Positions 46,924 through 59,573 of a stretch of DNA of 64,000 bases are shown here, piece after piece (the first letter of the stretch is position 1; each line of letters begins with the position of its first letter). The notes under the pieces are model-generated. The model searched no databases. It was not told where the DNA came from and saw only the letters and a program-made list of their open reading frames with translations. The translations under genes were made by a program, and so were the position numbers. Origin of the DNA: Paraspadella gotoi (Eukaryota > Animalia > Chaetognatha); NCBI GenBank assembly GCA_051294375.1, contig CM119263.1, positions 8,195,992 through 8,259,991 of the forward strand. Reading direction: 5' to 3'.

Positions 46924-49093
46924 GGAGAGCGTTCGAGAGAGAAAAGGCGGGGAGAGGAAGGGAAGATAAAGGGGATATCGAAATAGGGAGACGGTGAATC
47001 GGGACATGGGAAAAGGGAAAGTGAAATCGGGAGACAACAAAGAGAAAGTCGTTTGATAAAGATTGGTGCGTCTTCCTCTTTTTTTTTTTCTTTTTTTTTC
47101 TTTTGGGCCCGAGTTTCGCTTTTGTTTTTATTCGTCAGAAGTCGCGTCTCTTTTTTCCTGCTGGGTGAACAATCCGGTTGCAGATTTGTTCCTTTTCGGC
47201 GATTGCACCTTTCTTCTTTCTAAATGGATTCAAGTCATATGTATTACGCATAATAAACAATGTCATTTCTGGTTGCCACTTGAGTGCAGACGCTTGAAAA
47301 AAAAAAAAAAACCTTTATCTTTGGAAATCCCTCTTTATTTCGATTTCTTTTCGGAAAATGACTCTCGAGCAAAAGAGGAATCAGTCAATCGCAGACAGAA
47401 ACTTTCTGTTCTTCGGATTTTGAAACTTCAAAACTTGTATTTCAATTTTGGCAAAGAGATAAAAATAATTTCATAATATTGAAATATTTTTGTAAAGGTA
47501 TACGTATACGTACTAAAACAGTCGAACAACCGATTGAAAAAAAATCAATTAATGCCGCCCAAAAATCTTCAACGTGCCAAACCTTTTCTTCGAAGGCTGT
47601 AGTCAGCTGTCTCCGCCTCTTTTACAGATGCCGTCGGGCGCCGCTGGACGCCTTGCAGATGCAGGCGGATGCCAGCCGGCCATCGTCCGTCGGCCGAGAT
47701 CGGGTGCCAAATAAGTAGACGTTTTATGACTTGGCGCCGTCGGTGGAGCGAGAAGTGATAAGAATAAAAGACTGCATCGTCTTCTACAGCGGAGATGATG
47801 GGAGGAAAGCTGGCGGCGAAATCTGGGTGGAGGGGGTGGATGGACTAGACAAGACGATAAAGAAGTCGATTATCGCCATACTTCTAATACACTTCCTTTT
47901 CTGTTCAAGAAACGAGTTATTATCGATGTTCCAACGTTCGGCGAGATGTCGCTGTCTCTCTCAGTGATCCATTTTATCGATTGTCGTTTTGTTTTTTGTT
48001 TCTTTTTTTTTTTCTGAGAGGGTGGACTTTGGTTTTATTGTTAATGTCTTTATCTTATTTTTTTTGGTTTGTTTCGACCGCTCTTCTTTCATATTTGTAT
48101 TAGATTTCCTTTTTCTCAAGGAGATTCTTGGATTCTGCTTCGTCCTTTTTCTCCCCTTCCTTCCCCCTTTCCTTCCCCTTCGCCTTTTGATGGGGAACAT
48201 ATTACTTTAATTCGATTAGTTCGCAGGTTGTCGCGTCGCGTTATCGCTTTCTCGTTCATCCTTCGGATTCAGCGACGGGGCTGCGCGGTTGCTCGTCTCG
48301 TTCGCTCCATTCCTCATCTTCAATTGCTCCTCATCCTCTAATTTAGCTCCTTCGCATCGCGTTATTTTGATCAGATCCCATGGCTAATTTTTTTGTAATC
48401 GCCCAATTGTAATAGTACTTAAAATTTCGGTCATGCGAACCCTTAGTTTTTTTACTCCGATACAAATGGATCGATTTTTCCCGCCAATATTCCGTGAAAT
48501 ACACGCAAACTGTTTAATAACGACTGGGAAAATATCACGAAATAACGATTCAATCAAACTGCAGACAATTTGTCTCAGTATGTATCGCTTTTACTAATCA
48601 TTAGGTCATAAAACTACCTGAAGATCAAAAAATGGACCTCTTATGCATTTAATACATATACAGAAAACTTGGTAATATATTGATTCAGATTATAACTAAA
48701 TTGTTTTGTCACGAAAATCGCCAAAAAAAAAAAAAATTGTTCTGAATTTTTCTTTCCTATGGATTTTTTTTTCTTGGGATTTGAGTGGATTAACTGTTTT
48801 TGCCAAAACTTAATCCGAGACTCAATTTTGCCATTTTTCCCTTCGCGGATTTTTTTTTTTTTTTTTTTTTTTGTCAATTTTCCCTTTTTCCCATTCTATT
48901 CTGATTTTTTTTTTTCTTTTTTCAGTTTATGAAAGTTCATCGGAGCACAGTTCGGTCGACTTTCAATGACATTGACAATTAGAGTGGAGCACTCAAGAAC
49001 AAAAAAATTATTTGAATGATCGAACAATGATATTTAGATGTGAGATAGTATGATTAACTAGTACAAAAAATATTTTGTTCATATTATCTCGGG

Positions 49094-49502
49094 AACAGAA
49101 TAGTAAAATATAATATATTTGTAGTAATATCTTTATAAAATAGTAAATTTTAAAAATAATTTTTATAAAAATTTTAATAAAGATTCAGATTCTTCATAAA
49201 AAGTTGAATCAAAAATATAAAACATGTTATCAAAAATTCTGTCATCTTCAATGTTTAAAATTAAAAAAAAGGTGAAAATTCCTGATTTTTTTATTCTCTG
49301 TAGTAGAAACTTATATATGTTAAAACGTTTTAGTCATTTTTTGTGATCTAAACATTAAAATATCATATAACATATTTTATAAAAGTTTCTTAGTTTTTTA
49401 CAGCGAATCCAAATCAGTTCTTAAAAATAAAAAAAAATATTTTAAAATTTGACGATTTTGTAAGGATATTACTATATAAATAATTGAATTTGCTATACTG
49501 TT
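49094..49502. mobile_element. Degenerate AT-rich fold-back / MITE-like element (~180-bp imperfect arms, ~50-bp loop)
   Basis: Left aacagaatagtaaa..tagtaatatctttataaaatagtaaattttaaaa..gattc..tataaaacatgttat..aatgttta pairs in order with right taaacatt..ataacatattttata..gaatc..ttttaaaatttgacgattttgtaaggatattacta..tttgctatactgtt. Differences are largely substitutions. No TSD identified. Confidence 0.7.
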
Positions 49503-50010
49503 ATGCTAAAAAAATTTTTAAAAGAATTTAAAATTCATTAATTATATGTCCATAGGCAGCAAAAAAATAATGTTCAATCACTCAATCTTTTCATCACTCC
49601 ACCCTATTGACAATGTCTTTGAAAGAAAATATTTTTATGTACGAATGTTAAAAAAGAATTATCTAAAACGTTTAAAGCTAAACGCGATCTCCTTGCGAAG
49701 ATCTTACTCTTTCGTTCTTTTCATTCAAATCGCTTTAAATTATTTAATCGCATCTTCGTTTTTAAAAACGTCTTAAAATCCTAATTTTGAAATAGTTAAG
49801 TTGGTATAAAACTTTAACGATACCTTATCTCCCTCGCAGTTCCTAATCCTCTATAGCGATTTGAAGTTTTCAAAACGAATTTCGTTTCAAACAATATTTC
49901 TGTTTGGAGGGGAAGACCTCCCGCGGTGAATGAAATAAAAGAGGATTGTTCTAAATACTAAAAAAAGTACAAAAAAAAGTACGAAATAAACGATGATCGA
50001 TTCCAATCCC

Positions 50011-50045
<35 letters not shown>

Positions 50046-51288
50046 NNNNNNNNNNNNNNNNNNNNNNNNNNNNNNNNNNNNNNNNNNNNNNNNNNNNNNN
50101 NNNNNNNNNNNNNNNNNNNNNNNNNNNNNNNNNNNNNNNNNNNNNNNNNNNNNNNNNNNNNNNNNNNNNNNNNNNNNNNNNNNNNNNNNNNNNNNNNNNN
50201 NNNNNNNNNNNNNNNNNNNNNNNNNNNNNNNTTCGATTTTTTTCTCGGCGCAGCTGACTGTCGTGACTAGAGTTTCAAAATCGTAATTTATTTTGCCTAA
50301 TTTAATTTTTTTTTTCTCTTTTTTTTTTTTAAGCCAGAACAATAAACAGTTGTGTAAAGCCCAAATTCGAATTAGAAAAAGTTTGAATTCGAAAGAAAAA
50401 TCCCGATTGAAATTCTAAGTCAAGTCGTGTTTTTTTTTTTGTTTTTTTTTTGTTTTTTTTTTACACAATTCCGAACACAGAGGCTTTTTACTTATTTTCG
50501 ATTGTAAAATAATCATTAAAAAAAACAGTTAAATTACGACTCTTCGTTCAGGGAACTGAGCTATGAACATAAATCAATCGAACTAAACTTTATTATTCTT
50601 TGTATTTAGCGATTTCTTAAAACCTTTTACTTGTGCCGTCTTTCAAAGAAAATCACTTTAATCTACGTTCAGTCATTGTTAATTTGTCATCCTTATCTTT
50701 CGAGCGACACAGCAAAGCTTTCCTCTCCGGCCGACTGCTTGGTTCGCTGCTTGGCAAGCGGCGACGTTGAAAAATAAAACCTAAGCAAGCATTCCACTCA
50801 GAACGAATCCGTTGACGTTGATTCTCGACTTCGCAAAGAGGCGGGCGTCGGCTTTGTTGTTGTTGTTGTCNNNNNNNNNNNNNNNNNNNNNNNNNNNNNN
50901 NNNNNNNNNNNNNNNNNNNNNNNNNNNNNNNNNNNNNNNNNNNNNNNNNNNNNNNNNNNNNNNNNNNNNNNNNNNNNNNNNNNNNNNNNNNNNNNNNNNN
51001 NNNNNNNNNNNNNNNNNNNNNNNNNNNNNNNNNNNNNNNNNNNNNNNNNNNNNNNNNNNNNNNNNNNNNNNNNNNNNNNNNNNNNNNNNNNNNNNNNNNN
51101 NNNNNNNNNNNNNNNNNNNNNNNNNNNNNNNNNNNNNNNNNNNNNNNNNNNNNNNNNNNNNNNNNNNNNNNNNNNNNNNNNNNNNNNNNAAAAACATTTG
51201 AGTCTTTCACTCGAATTCCGTTTAGGGGTCAGGTTTCTTGCCTTCAACGATAAACACTATCTTGTTCTCATCTCTCTCACCTCTCTCA

Positions 51289-51319
<31 letters not shown>

Positions 51320-51518
51320 CTCATCTCTCTCTCTCTCTTCTCTCACTCTCTCCTCCTCTCTCTCGTCTCTTCTCTCTAAAGAACAGCAAAAAAGTGGTTT
51401 TAAATCCCTTTCGACGTTGGAGATATAAGGCGATTGTCTTTTGCAGCCTGTTTTCATTCTCCCTGTTTTTCAAACTTACGTCCTTCTAGATCTCTTTGTC
51501 CCTATCTTTTAAGAGTCT

Positions 51519-51580
<62 letters not shown>

Positions 51581-52423
51581 CTCTCTCCCTCTCTCTCTTC
51601 TCTCTCTCTCTCTCTTCTCTCTCTTCATTCTCTCTATTTTTCCCCCCACCTTTTCATTCAATTTCCATCTCGTTCTTATCTTATCTTTCAGATCAAATGT
51701 CGTCATTAGTTGAATTCAAGCTTTAGTCGCTAGTTTAAAGAGTAATCTTAAAACAAGTTTTAAATAGAGAACACTTTATTACAGCGCCATTGAAAGATTA
51801 ATTTCCGCATTACAATTCGAATCTAGGTTATTAATTGACATCAAATAATTATGCGGCATTTAGTGTCTTAAACATAGACAAACTCCAATTTTGTAAAAAA
51901 ATACTAGAAAACTAAGGTATATTTCTTTTTCTTCGATGCTCTCCGTTGTTCCCGGAGTCAATTTTTATCTGATTCTGGGTGCTTGAAGTGAAAAGAAAGT
52001 AGAATAAAGCAATGAGCGATAAAAAAAAGTCTTTCAAAAAAAAAAGGATATTTAGAGAAAAGAACGAAAAAAAAACCAGCCTCTTCTTCGCATGTTTAGT
52101 TTTAAGCTGTTTTTTTCAAACCAGTCGTAAAACCAAAGTTTTTTTTCTCAAAAGTTTTGTTCAAAACAAAAAACAAAAAACGAAGCGGGAGCCGCGCGCG
52201 TTAACGTTCTCCTTCCTGATAAGGCCCTGTTGATTTAAGACACTATTTTTTCATTTAAAATCTGATTTGCCATTTTTTTCCTCTCCTTAATGTTTTGATA
52301 AACTGTAGCTCAACTTTGATGTTTCCCGTTGTGACGTCAGAAAAATCAACCGAAAAAAAAAGATAAACACAAAAACCTAATGGATTTTTGTTTTGATTTG
52401 ACAGTTTTATTGTGTTAGAGAAT

Positions 52424-52515
<92 letters not shown>

Positions 52516-53282
52516 CTGTTTTCATAACGAGCCAGTTTTTGCTCTTCGGCTTTCAACAGTCAGGAAAAATTAGCGGTTTGCAACCAGAATTGCATGCAGT
52601 CATGGTTGAGGCTTAAATCAAGAGTTTAAATTATATTGTGATGTTTAATTTGTCAGAATGAATCAAAGGACACTCAAAAGCTTTTGTATGGAATCGCAGA
52701 AGCTTATTCATAATTTTTCTTCGTGAAGGACTTAATTAGTCAGTTTAGTATTTTGTCGAAATCGTAGATACTATCATCACAGCTGTAATAGTTATCAAAG
52801 ACGATAGAATTATGAAGAAGTCGGAAAAGTTTTTGAAATAAAAAAATATATTTTCATGGGAAATACCCCAGGGAATAAAATTTCGAGAAATCTTTTTGTA
52901 TGCCGAAACGGAAATTGAAAACCAAGGTGGCGCTGACGAATTTAGAAAAAGATAGCGTCGTATTTCTCTTTCTTTTTTTTTTTTTATTGTCGTCGTCCTC
53001 GTTTTCGCGTTAGATTTTAAATACAAAAACAAAGTTCATATTCCCATCGGTGCTCTATTGTTGGGTATTTTCTTTCCTTTTTCTTTTCCTTTTTTTTCCT
53101 TTCATTTCATGTCTTATCTTCCATTTTCTATTTTTTCTCTTTATCTCCTTTTCTTTTCTCCCAGCATCCTTCCTTAGAACTAGTAAGAACTTCGGAACTT
53201 GAATGATCATCTTTCACATAAAGTTATAACTTTGTTGTGGGCTTAAAAATTTGTTTTTACTCTTCCCACCTCTCTCCTTCTC

Positions 53283-53336
<54 letters not shown>

Positions 53337-53899
53337 ACTCCCTATTTTTCTTGACTCAATCTTCTTTTTCACGCACATAAGAAGAAAAAATCTTAGAAGC
53401 ATTACAAAAAGTGGGAGGTTTCTTCCCTTCAGTCGCAGTTTTAGATTGCTGAAAATATTTTTCCTCCTAATATTTCTTTTTCGTGACGGCTTTATTGTTT
53501 CCCTGTTTATTTGCGTATAATTTTGGTTTGACTCGAATGTTACTTTGTTTCTTTGTTCATGATTTTGAGGTCAGAAAATTATGGAGAAAGTAAGCGTAAG
53601 TAACATAATTAATAAAAAAAGTAGTAATATAGATAAAATCTTAACAACATCATTAGTCTCTACGACGAAAGGTGTCACCGCGCACGCACACATCGCTCCA
53701 TCCGACGTGTGCGGCGTTGGAATCGCACGGAGCTTCCCGCGAACCCTAACCGCCATTACGGCCCACGCGAGTTCGGCAAACGGTTTTTTTTTCTTTTCTT
53801 TTTCTTTTCTTTTTCTCTTTTTTTTTTTCTGGTTTATTTTTATTCGCGTGGGTGTCCCATTAATCGTAGGAAACGGATTTCTCATCCTCCCCCTTCCCT

Positions 53900-54068
53900 T
53901 CTTTTCCCTTCTTTTCCCTTCACTTTCCTTCACTTTCCTTCCCTTCCCTTCCATTCCATTCCATTCCATTCCATTCCCTTGCCTTGCCTTGCCTTGCCTT
54001 GCCTTGCCTTGCCTTGCCTTGCCTTGCCTTGCCTTGCCTTGCCTTCCCTTCCATTACCTTCCCTTCCC
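53900..54068 (+). repeat. Compound pentanucleotide array (CTTTT/CTTCC, then CATTC, then CCTTG)
   Basis: The 5-bp register is kept while the unit switches; about 13 consecutive CCTTG units at 53977-54044. Confidence 0.95.
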
Positions 54069-54304
54069 CCCATCCCACTTTAACCTCACCCTCTACCTTG
54101 CCCCAGGTAGGGACACTTGCACCTTCTCACTCTCGCCCCCGACAACGACAATTCGCTGACCCATGGCCGAGGCGAATCTTTGTCCCCTATCATCCTCCTC
54201 CTCCTCCTCCTCCTCTTCCTCATCCCTCTTCGCCCGCGGATGAGATTTTGGAGACTCTCGGAATAGCGATGAGCCGATGGAGAGTAGAGTCCGGCCTTTC
54301 ACCG

Positions 54305-54690
54305 CTAACCTTTGTCCTCCATCTTCTAACCTTTGTCCTCTAAATTCTAACATTTTTTTTCCTTTATCTTCTAACCTTTGCCCACTATTTTCTAACCTTT
54401 GTCCTCCATCTATCTTCTAACCTTTGCCCTTTTTCTTCTAACCTTTGTCTTTCAACTTCTAACCTTTGTCCTCTAAATTCTAACATTTTTTCTTCATCTA
54501 CTAACATTTGTCTTCTATCTTCTAATCTTAGTCTTCCTTTTTCTAATCTTTGTCTTCTCTATCTAACCTTTGTCCTCCAACTTCCAGCCTCTGTTCTTCA
54601 TCTACTTATATTTGTCACCGTCCTATCTTCGCTTTTATATTCTTTAGCCATTGTCCTCACTTCCCTAACCTTTATCCTCTCTTCCTATTC
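54305..54690 (+). repeat. ~21-bp minisatellite (ctaacctttgtcctccatctt), at least 13 degenerate units
   Basis: Recurrent ctaa(c/t)(c/a)ttt core about every 21 bp from 54305 to ~54585, decaying toward 54690. Confidence 0.88.
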
Positions 54691-55743
54691 TTCGTCTTAT
54701 ATCCTGTATCTTCTCTCTCTCTCTCTTCCAACACGTGTCTCGAACTCGGGACTCGTCGTCCAACGAAACCCTCTCACTCTTATCGCATCGGCTGTCGAAG
54801 GTGCTATATCTGCATCTGTACAGCACCGTTCCCCGCTATTATCCCCGCGACGATCCCCGCGATGATCCCCCGGGGAACCGAACCGGAACTGTAGCTTCGG
54901 AATTCAATCCGAAGGCAATTTCCTCCCAAAGGGCGAAAACTATTATTTCCCGTCTCCCTCGGCCACTACTTACGGTCCAGGCTCGTTGCTGTCGTTGTTG
55001 TTGTTGTGATGGATTAGAGCGTTCAGTAGTCACAAATTCGAGTACAGTAAAGCTGTACGTTGTGTCGTGTTGGGAAGCGGGAACAATTGCGATACTGAGG
55101 CAGACTGCTTCCTTTCATTTTTAACATTAACGCAGTTGTGAATATTTTTTTCTTTCATTTTTTTAAACAAATTTCGTGCGGCTTCTGTGATCGCGCAACG
55201 CGTGAACTGTGTTGAGATTGAATTTATGTAACGTTATGAATTTGAATTTTGTTTCTCACGTAATTTAAACTCGAATGGAATTAGATAAACAATTTTAAAT
55301 TTAATTTAAATTTCGTTGGTTGAATTTTAAAATTATAAATCGTGTAGTCTCTTCACTGCCATCAGGGGCATAGGGGCAGTAGAGATGTGGCTGTTGCTTT
55401 GAATCAACGACGACGACGACGACGACATCGACAGAAAAAAATAACAACAACGTTCCTTCCCCACGACCATTTCTGGTCGGGCGCGGAACCCGNNNNNNNN
55501 NNNNNNNNNNNNNNNNNACTATACCGAACACCATACCAGGCCCGCCATACCTTCCTTTCTCCTTTTAGATAAACGATGTTTTTTTTTTTTTTATTTTTTA
55601 TTCCCATTTTTATTTCTCTTTTATTTTCCAGTTTTTTTTTTTTCATTTTCTCTTTTATTCATAAAAAACGCGGATTCGTCGAGGGAAAGGAGGAGAGGGG
55701 TGTTGGGGGCGAGGGTTTGCGGGCGAGGGGGTGCGGGCGAGGG

Positions 55744-56675
55744 TGTTGGTGGCGACAAGTTGTAGAGGTAGAAGGGAGAGATGTAGTAGGTCTTAGAGCA
55801 AGAGTGATATAAGAGTGGTCGCGTGGGGTGAAAAGCAGATGGAAAAAAAATTCAAGTTGTGAGAAAAAAACCGCGAGGAAAAAAAAAAGGAGGAAACTCC
55901 ACGCTGGAGACGACTGGTAACGAGGTGTCTCGACTGTAGACGAGGTGTCTCGACTCGAAAAAATAATAGTTACCTTTCTCCACTTTTCTCCATCTGTTTA
56001 TTAAAAGAAGCACCACGGGTGAAAAAAAAAAAAACGAAGTAAAAAGACACATTGAGTAAAAAAAAATTATGTAACCTCGTTTGTGTTACCTTATGAAAAT
56101 TTGCAAATTACTGTTCACTATTTTCATTTTTCTATTTTAATATTAATATTTTTATGAAGGATTAGTATTAATCATATTATTTATTCAACATATATGCTTC
56201 TTTTTTAAAATGTTTTATTATCTAATAATACAATTTGGGAAGGGAAGTCAGTGGTTCTTCTTATATACGATTTGAAGTTGAGGAAAAATTTAAAATCTCG
56301 GGAAGTAGTGTGGGTTTGAAGTCGTCATGTAATAACCGACGAAATTGCCTCCTGGCAACAAACAAATTCCTAGAAACCTCAAAGAGTTGCCCTTACACAG
56401 CGAGTAACACGCCCCCCCCCCCCTCCGACTCTACCCCCCACCCCCTTAACCCCAACTTCCCCGCCCATAAAAAAAAAGACTAAATTCCGGGATACAACGG
56501 AGATACCCGGAAACCCGAAACCGAAACCCGGAAACCCACCCGCGAGATTTTTATTGATTAGCGGCGAGATTTTCTCACAGTCGCCGGACGAATTCATGAC
56601 CGCAATAAACCTCCATTTCTCATGCCGACTTTGGGAAGCGAGAGAGAGAGAGAGCAGAAGAAGAGAGAAAAGAGA

Positions 56676-56729
<54 letters not shown>

Positions 56730-57637
56730 TAGGAGAGAGAGAGCGATTCACGTCTGTGAAGCTTCCGGACGTATTACAGGAGACGCGGATTAGTGAAGGA
56801 GGGTAGGTTTGCGCGTCGAACCGACAGTAGTTGGAGAATCACGCACTTGAGTGAGGCCGTGTCACGGGAAATTCTCAGGTTTGTCTTCCACAGTTTTGGT
56901 TTCGATGATTTGCGCATGAGATCTGCTTTACTCTCCTTTCGAGTTTGTCGAATTTGTCTTCACTATTGAATATTCATTGATTGGTGAATGTATTTGGGTT
57001 TAAAACTTCCCCTCACATACATTCGCCTCGTATTACATTAGGCCAAATTAGAATCGAAGCCAAAGAAGACACGAAAGCCAAAAGACAGGTAGCCGAGACA
57101 AAAGGGCCCAAGAAGAGGTTACAAGAGAGGCTAAGGACCAAACAGAGGCCAAAGTTTTTTCAAACTTTAAAAAAAAAAAGAGCTATAAATATAAAAAACA
57201 AATTAGTGAGACTCCACGCGTCTCCATCTAACTGCGTTCCAGATTTTTTAGATTCAAACACCACCTCCCCGTCCCTTCTCGCCACCTTATTCCGCCGTCA
57301 GGCTTTTGAGTGATCAGAGAGCTGTAATGCTCGTGGCGATCCGAAACGAACGCCTATGGGTTCTGTATGATGTTATGGAAAAACATGGAGACAGCGTTTG
57401 TTCGACTTGAGAAACCGAACAGTCGAGGTTAAAAAATAAACCGAGTCCGGGGAAAAGTTAAGGCTTAAAAGTGAATGGGTTAGAAACGAAAGAGTCTTTG
57501 ATGGAGTGGCAATCGGGGCTGAGTGGGGTAGAGAGAGTCCGGATATGTTGTTGGTTCGCGGATGGAATAAGAATGAAGACGATTCCATCGTAGAGAGGAA
57601 GCATATAGGCGCGCGAGAGAAGAGAGAAGGGAAGAGA

Positions 57638-57674
<37 letters not shown>

Positions 57675-59559
57675 GAGAGAGAGAGAGAGAGACGCGCATT
57701 TTAAAATGAGGATATCGCGCAGGTTGTTTTTGTTGTTCATGCCAGTTGTTGTTGTTGGTTATCGGGGTTAGGCTCCGATGTTATGTTGGATGACGAATAA
57801 CAACGAAGAGGCCGGAGTCTTCTTTTTTCGTTTCGGTAACATCGAGTGGGCGGTTGTGGGGGGAAGAAAAGCAGGGAAAGCGGAAAGAAAGAGGAGAGGA
57901 AGGTGGAAAAGGGGGTTAGAATGGGAAAAGGAAAGGGAAAAGGAAAAATAGGGGGAGGCAGGGGAAATAAAAGGGGAGGAAGGAGAAAGGAGACGAGAAA
58001 GGTGATAAAGGTGAGAAGAAGCAGCAAATTCGTGGAGGAAGATAGAGCGAAGGGAGCGAGAAAGAAAGGGAGAATAAATAAGAAAGATGGAAAAGATCAT
58101 GAGTGAAAATTATTGGCAGGAAGCGGACGAGAGAAGGAGATGAGTAGAAAAAAAAAGAGAGAGGAAGCGAGTAAGAAGCTGAGACGCGGTTCGGCCATTT
58201 TTAAACGCGTGAGAAAAGTTTTCAATCTTCGCCGAACTCCCCCTCGGCGCGAAAGACTTACCGCAGTACCGCCCCCTGCAGCGCAGAAACGAGATGTTTT
58301 ACGTGTATCGTTTTATACAAAGCCCTGGCGCTCACACATCCTGCGCCATTCCCTTTCCCCAACCGACTCCCCGCAATCCCTTCCTCCTCCCGCTCCGCCC
58401 GCGGGGGGACTCGTCCCCCCCCCTCTTCGTCGCGCCCCCAAACTCCCAGAGTCATAACAGCGTCCGGGAAAACGGAAGCGCGAGGTGGGCCAAGTTGAAA
58501 TTCCCTCCCGAAATTTTCCCGTCCGTAAATTTTTTTTTTTTTGTTTTTTTTTTTTCAAAATATCCCGCCGCCTCGGAATTCAGTGATTCCGACTTTAACG
58601 TTCGACGAAACGGGCGATCATCTCTCCTCTTGTCAAAAACCCAACGCCTCGCGGACTGAAATCGCGACGGCACGAAATGTTAGAACCGCGGATCGAGTCC
58701 GTTTTATAAACAAGTTCATGAGAAGGAAACATAAAAAAAAAAACAAAAACAAAAAAACAAACACATCGACCAGGAATTCACCGCCTGGAGATGAGTTGCG
58801 GTAGCAGCGGCGCAGCGCGATGGGCGGCTTAAATGGAATGAGGGGCGTTGCCTCCTTTCAAACTGAGTGGTTCTTGCACAAAAACGAAATTACAGTTCGC
58901 TCGCGACTCCCCTCGCGGCTTTCGCTCCGTCCGTTTTGTACGTTTCTCTAAAATATGAAAACAAACGGCCTTTTTTTGCACTTCGAATGACAGGTTCTTA
59001 AATTTCCACATCGGTCTGTCAGAGTTTCCTATCACTATTTTAAAGAAGGCGATTGCTAGAATTTCAAAGATTTAGCTATTGTTTTTCAACCCTTATCCAT
59101 ACAACAGAAACTGTCTATAAACCAATTAAGTAACCTCTTCACATAATTTTTTTTTAAAAAGGACATTGACGCACATACAACAAAACAGATCAGTCAACCG
59201 ACTCCACGAAAGTTACTCCCGTTAATGTTCTCGTAATGTACAAATGCGGGCGCATGATACGTTTAATGCGCAAAAAACACATCATTCGAACTATAACTGA
59301 ATATCGTTAGAATGGAACGATACAATGGCTCACGTCAGCCAATGAGCGACTCGACTCGGTCACGACTCGGCGTTTTCGCTTCGTGATTTGACGTCTTCTC
59401 ATTATCCTTCCCTTCGCCACAACCTCTCCGCTGTACGACTGGTTGCATCTGAACAAAAGCTTTAAGCTCCTTCCGATTGCGCCGACGTCCACTCGCTAAC
59501 ATTCCATTGGCTACCAGCTTTCGTTCACCGATTTCATTCGCGTCTTAACGCCCGCTCGT
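55744..59559 (+). repeat. Tandem duplication, copy A (partner 59574-63106)
   Basis: Shared start gtggcgacaagttgtagagg and shared end ttaacgcc(c)gctcgt; collinear throughout. Confidence 0.96.
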
Positions 59560-59573
59560 ACTCTCTCTTTTGG

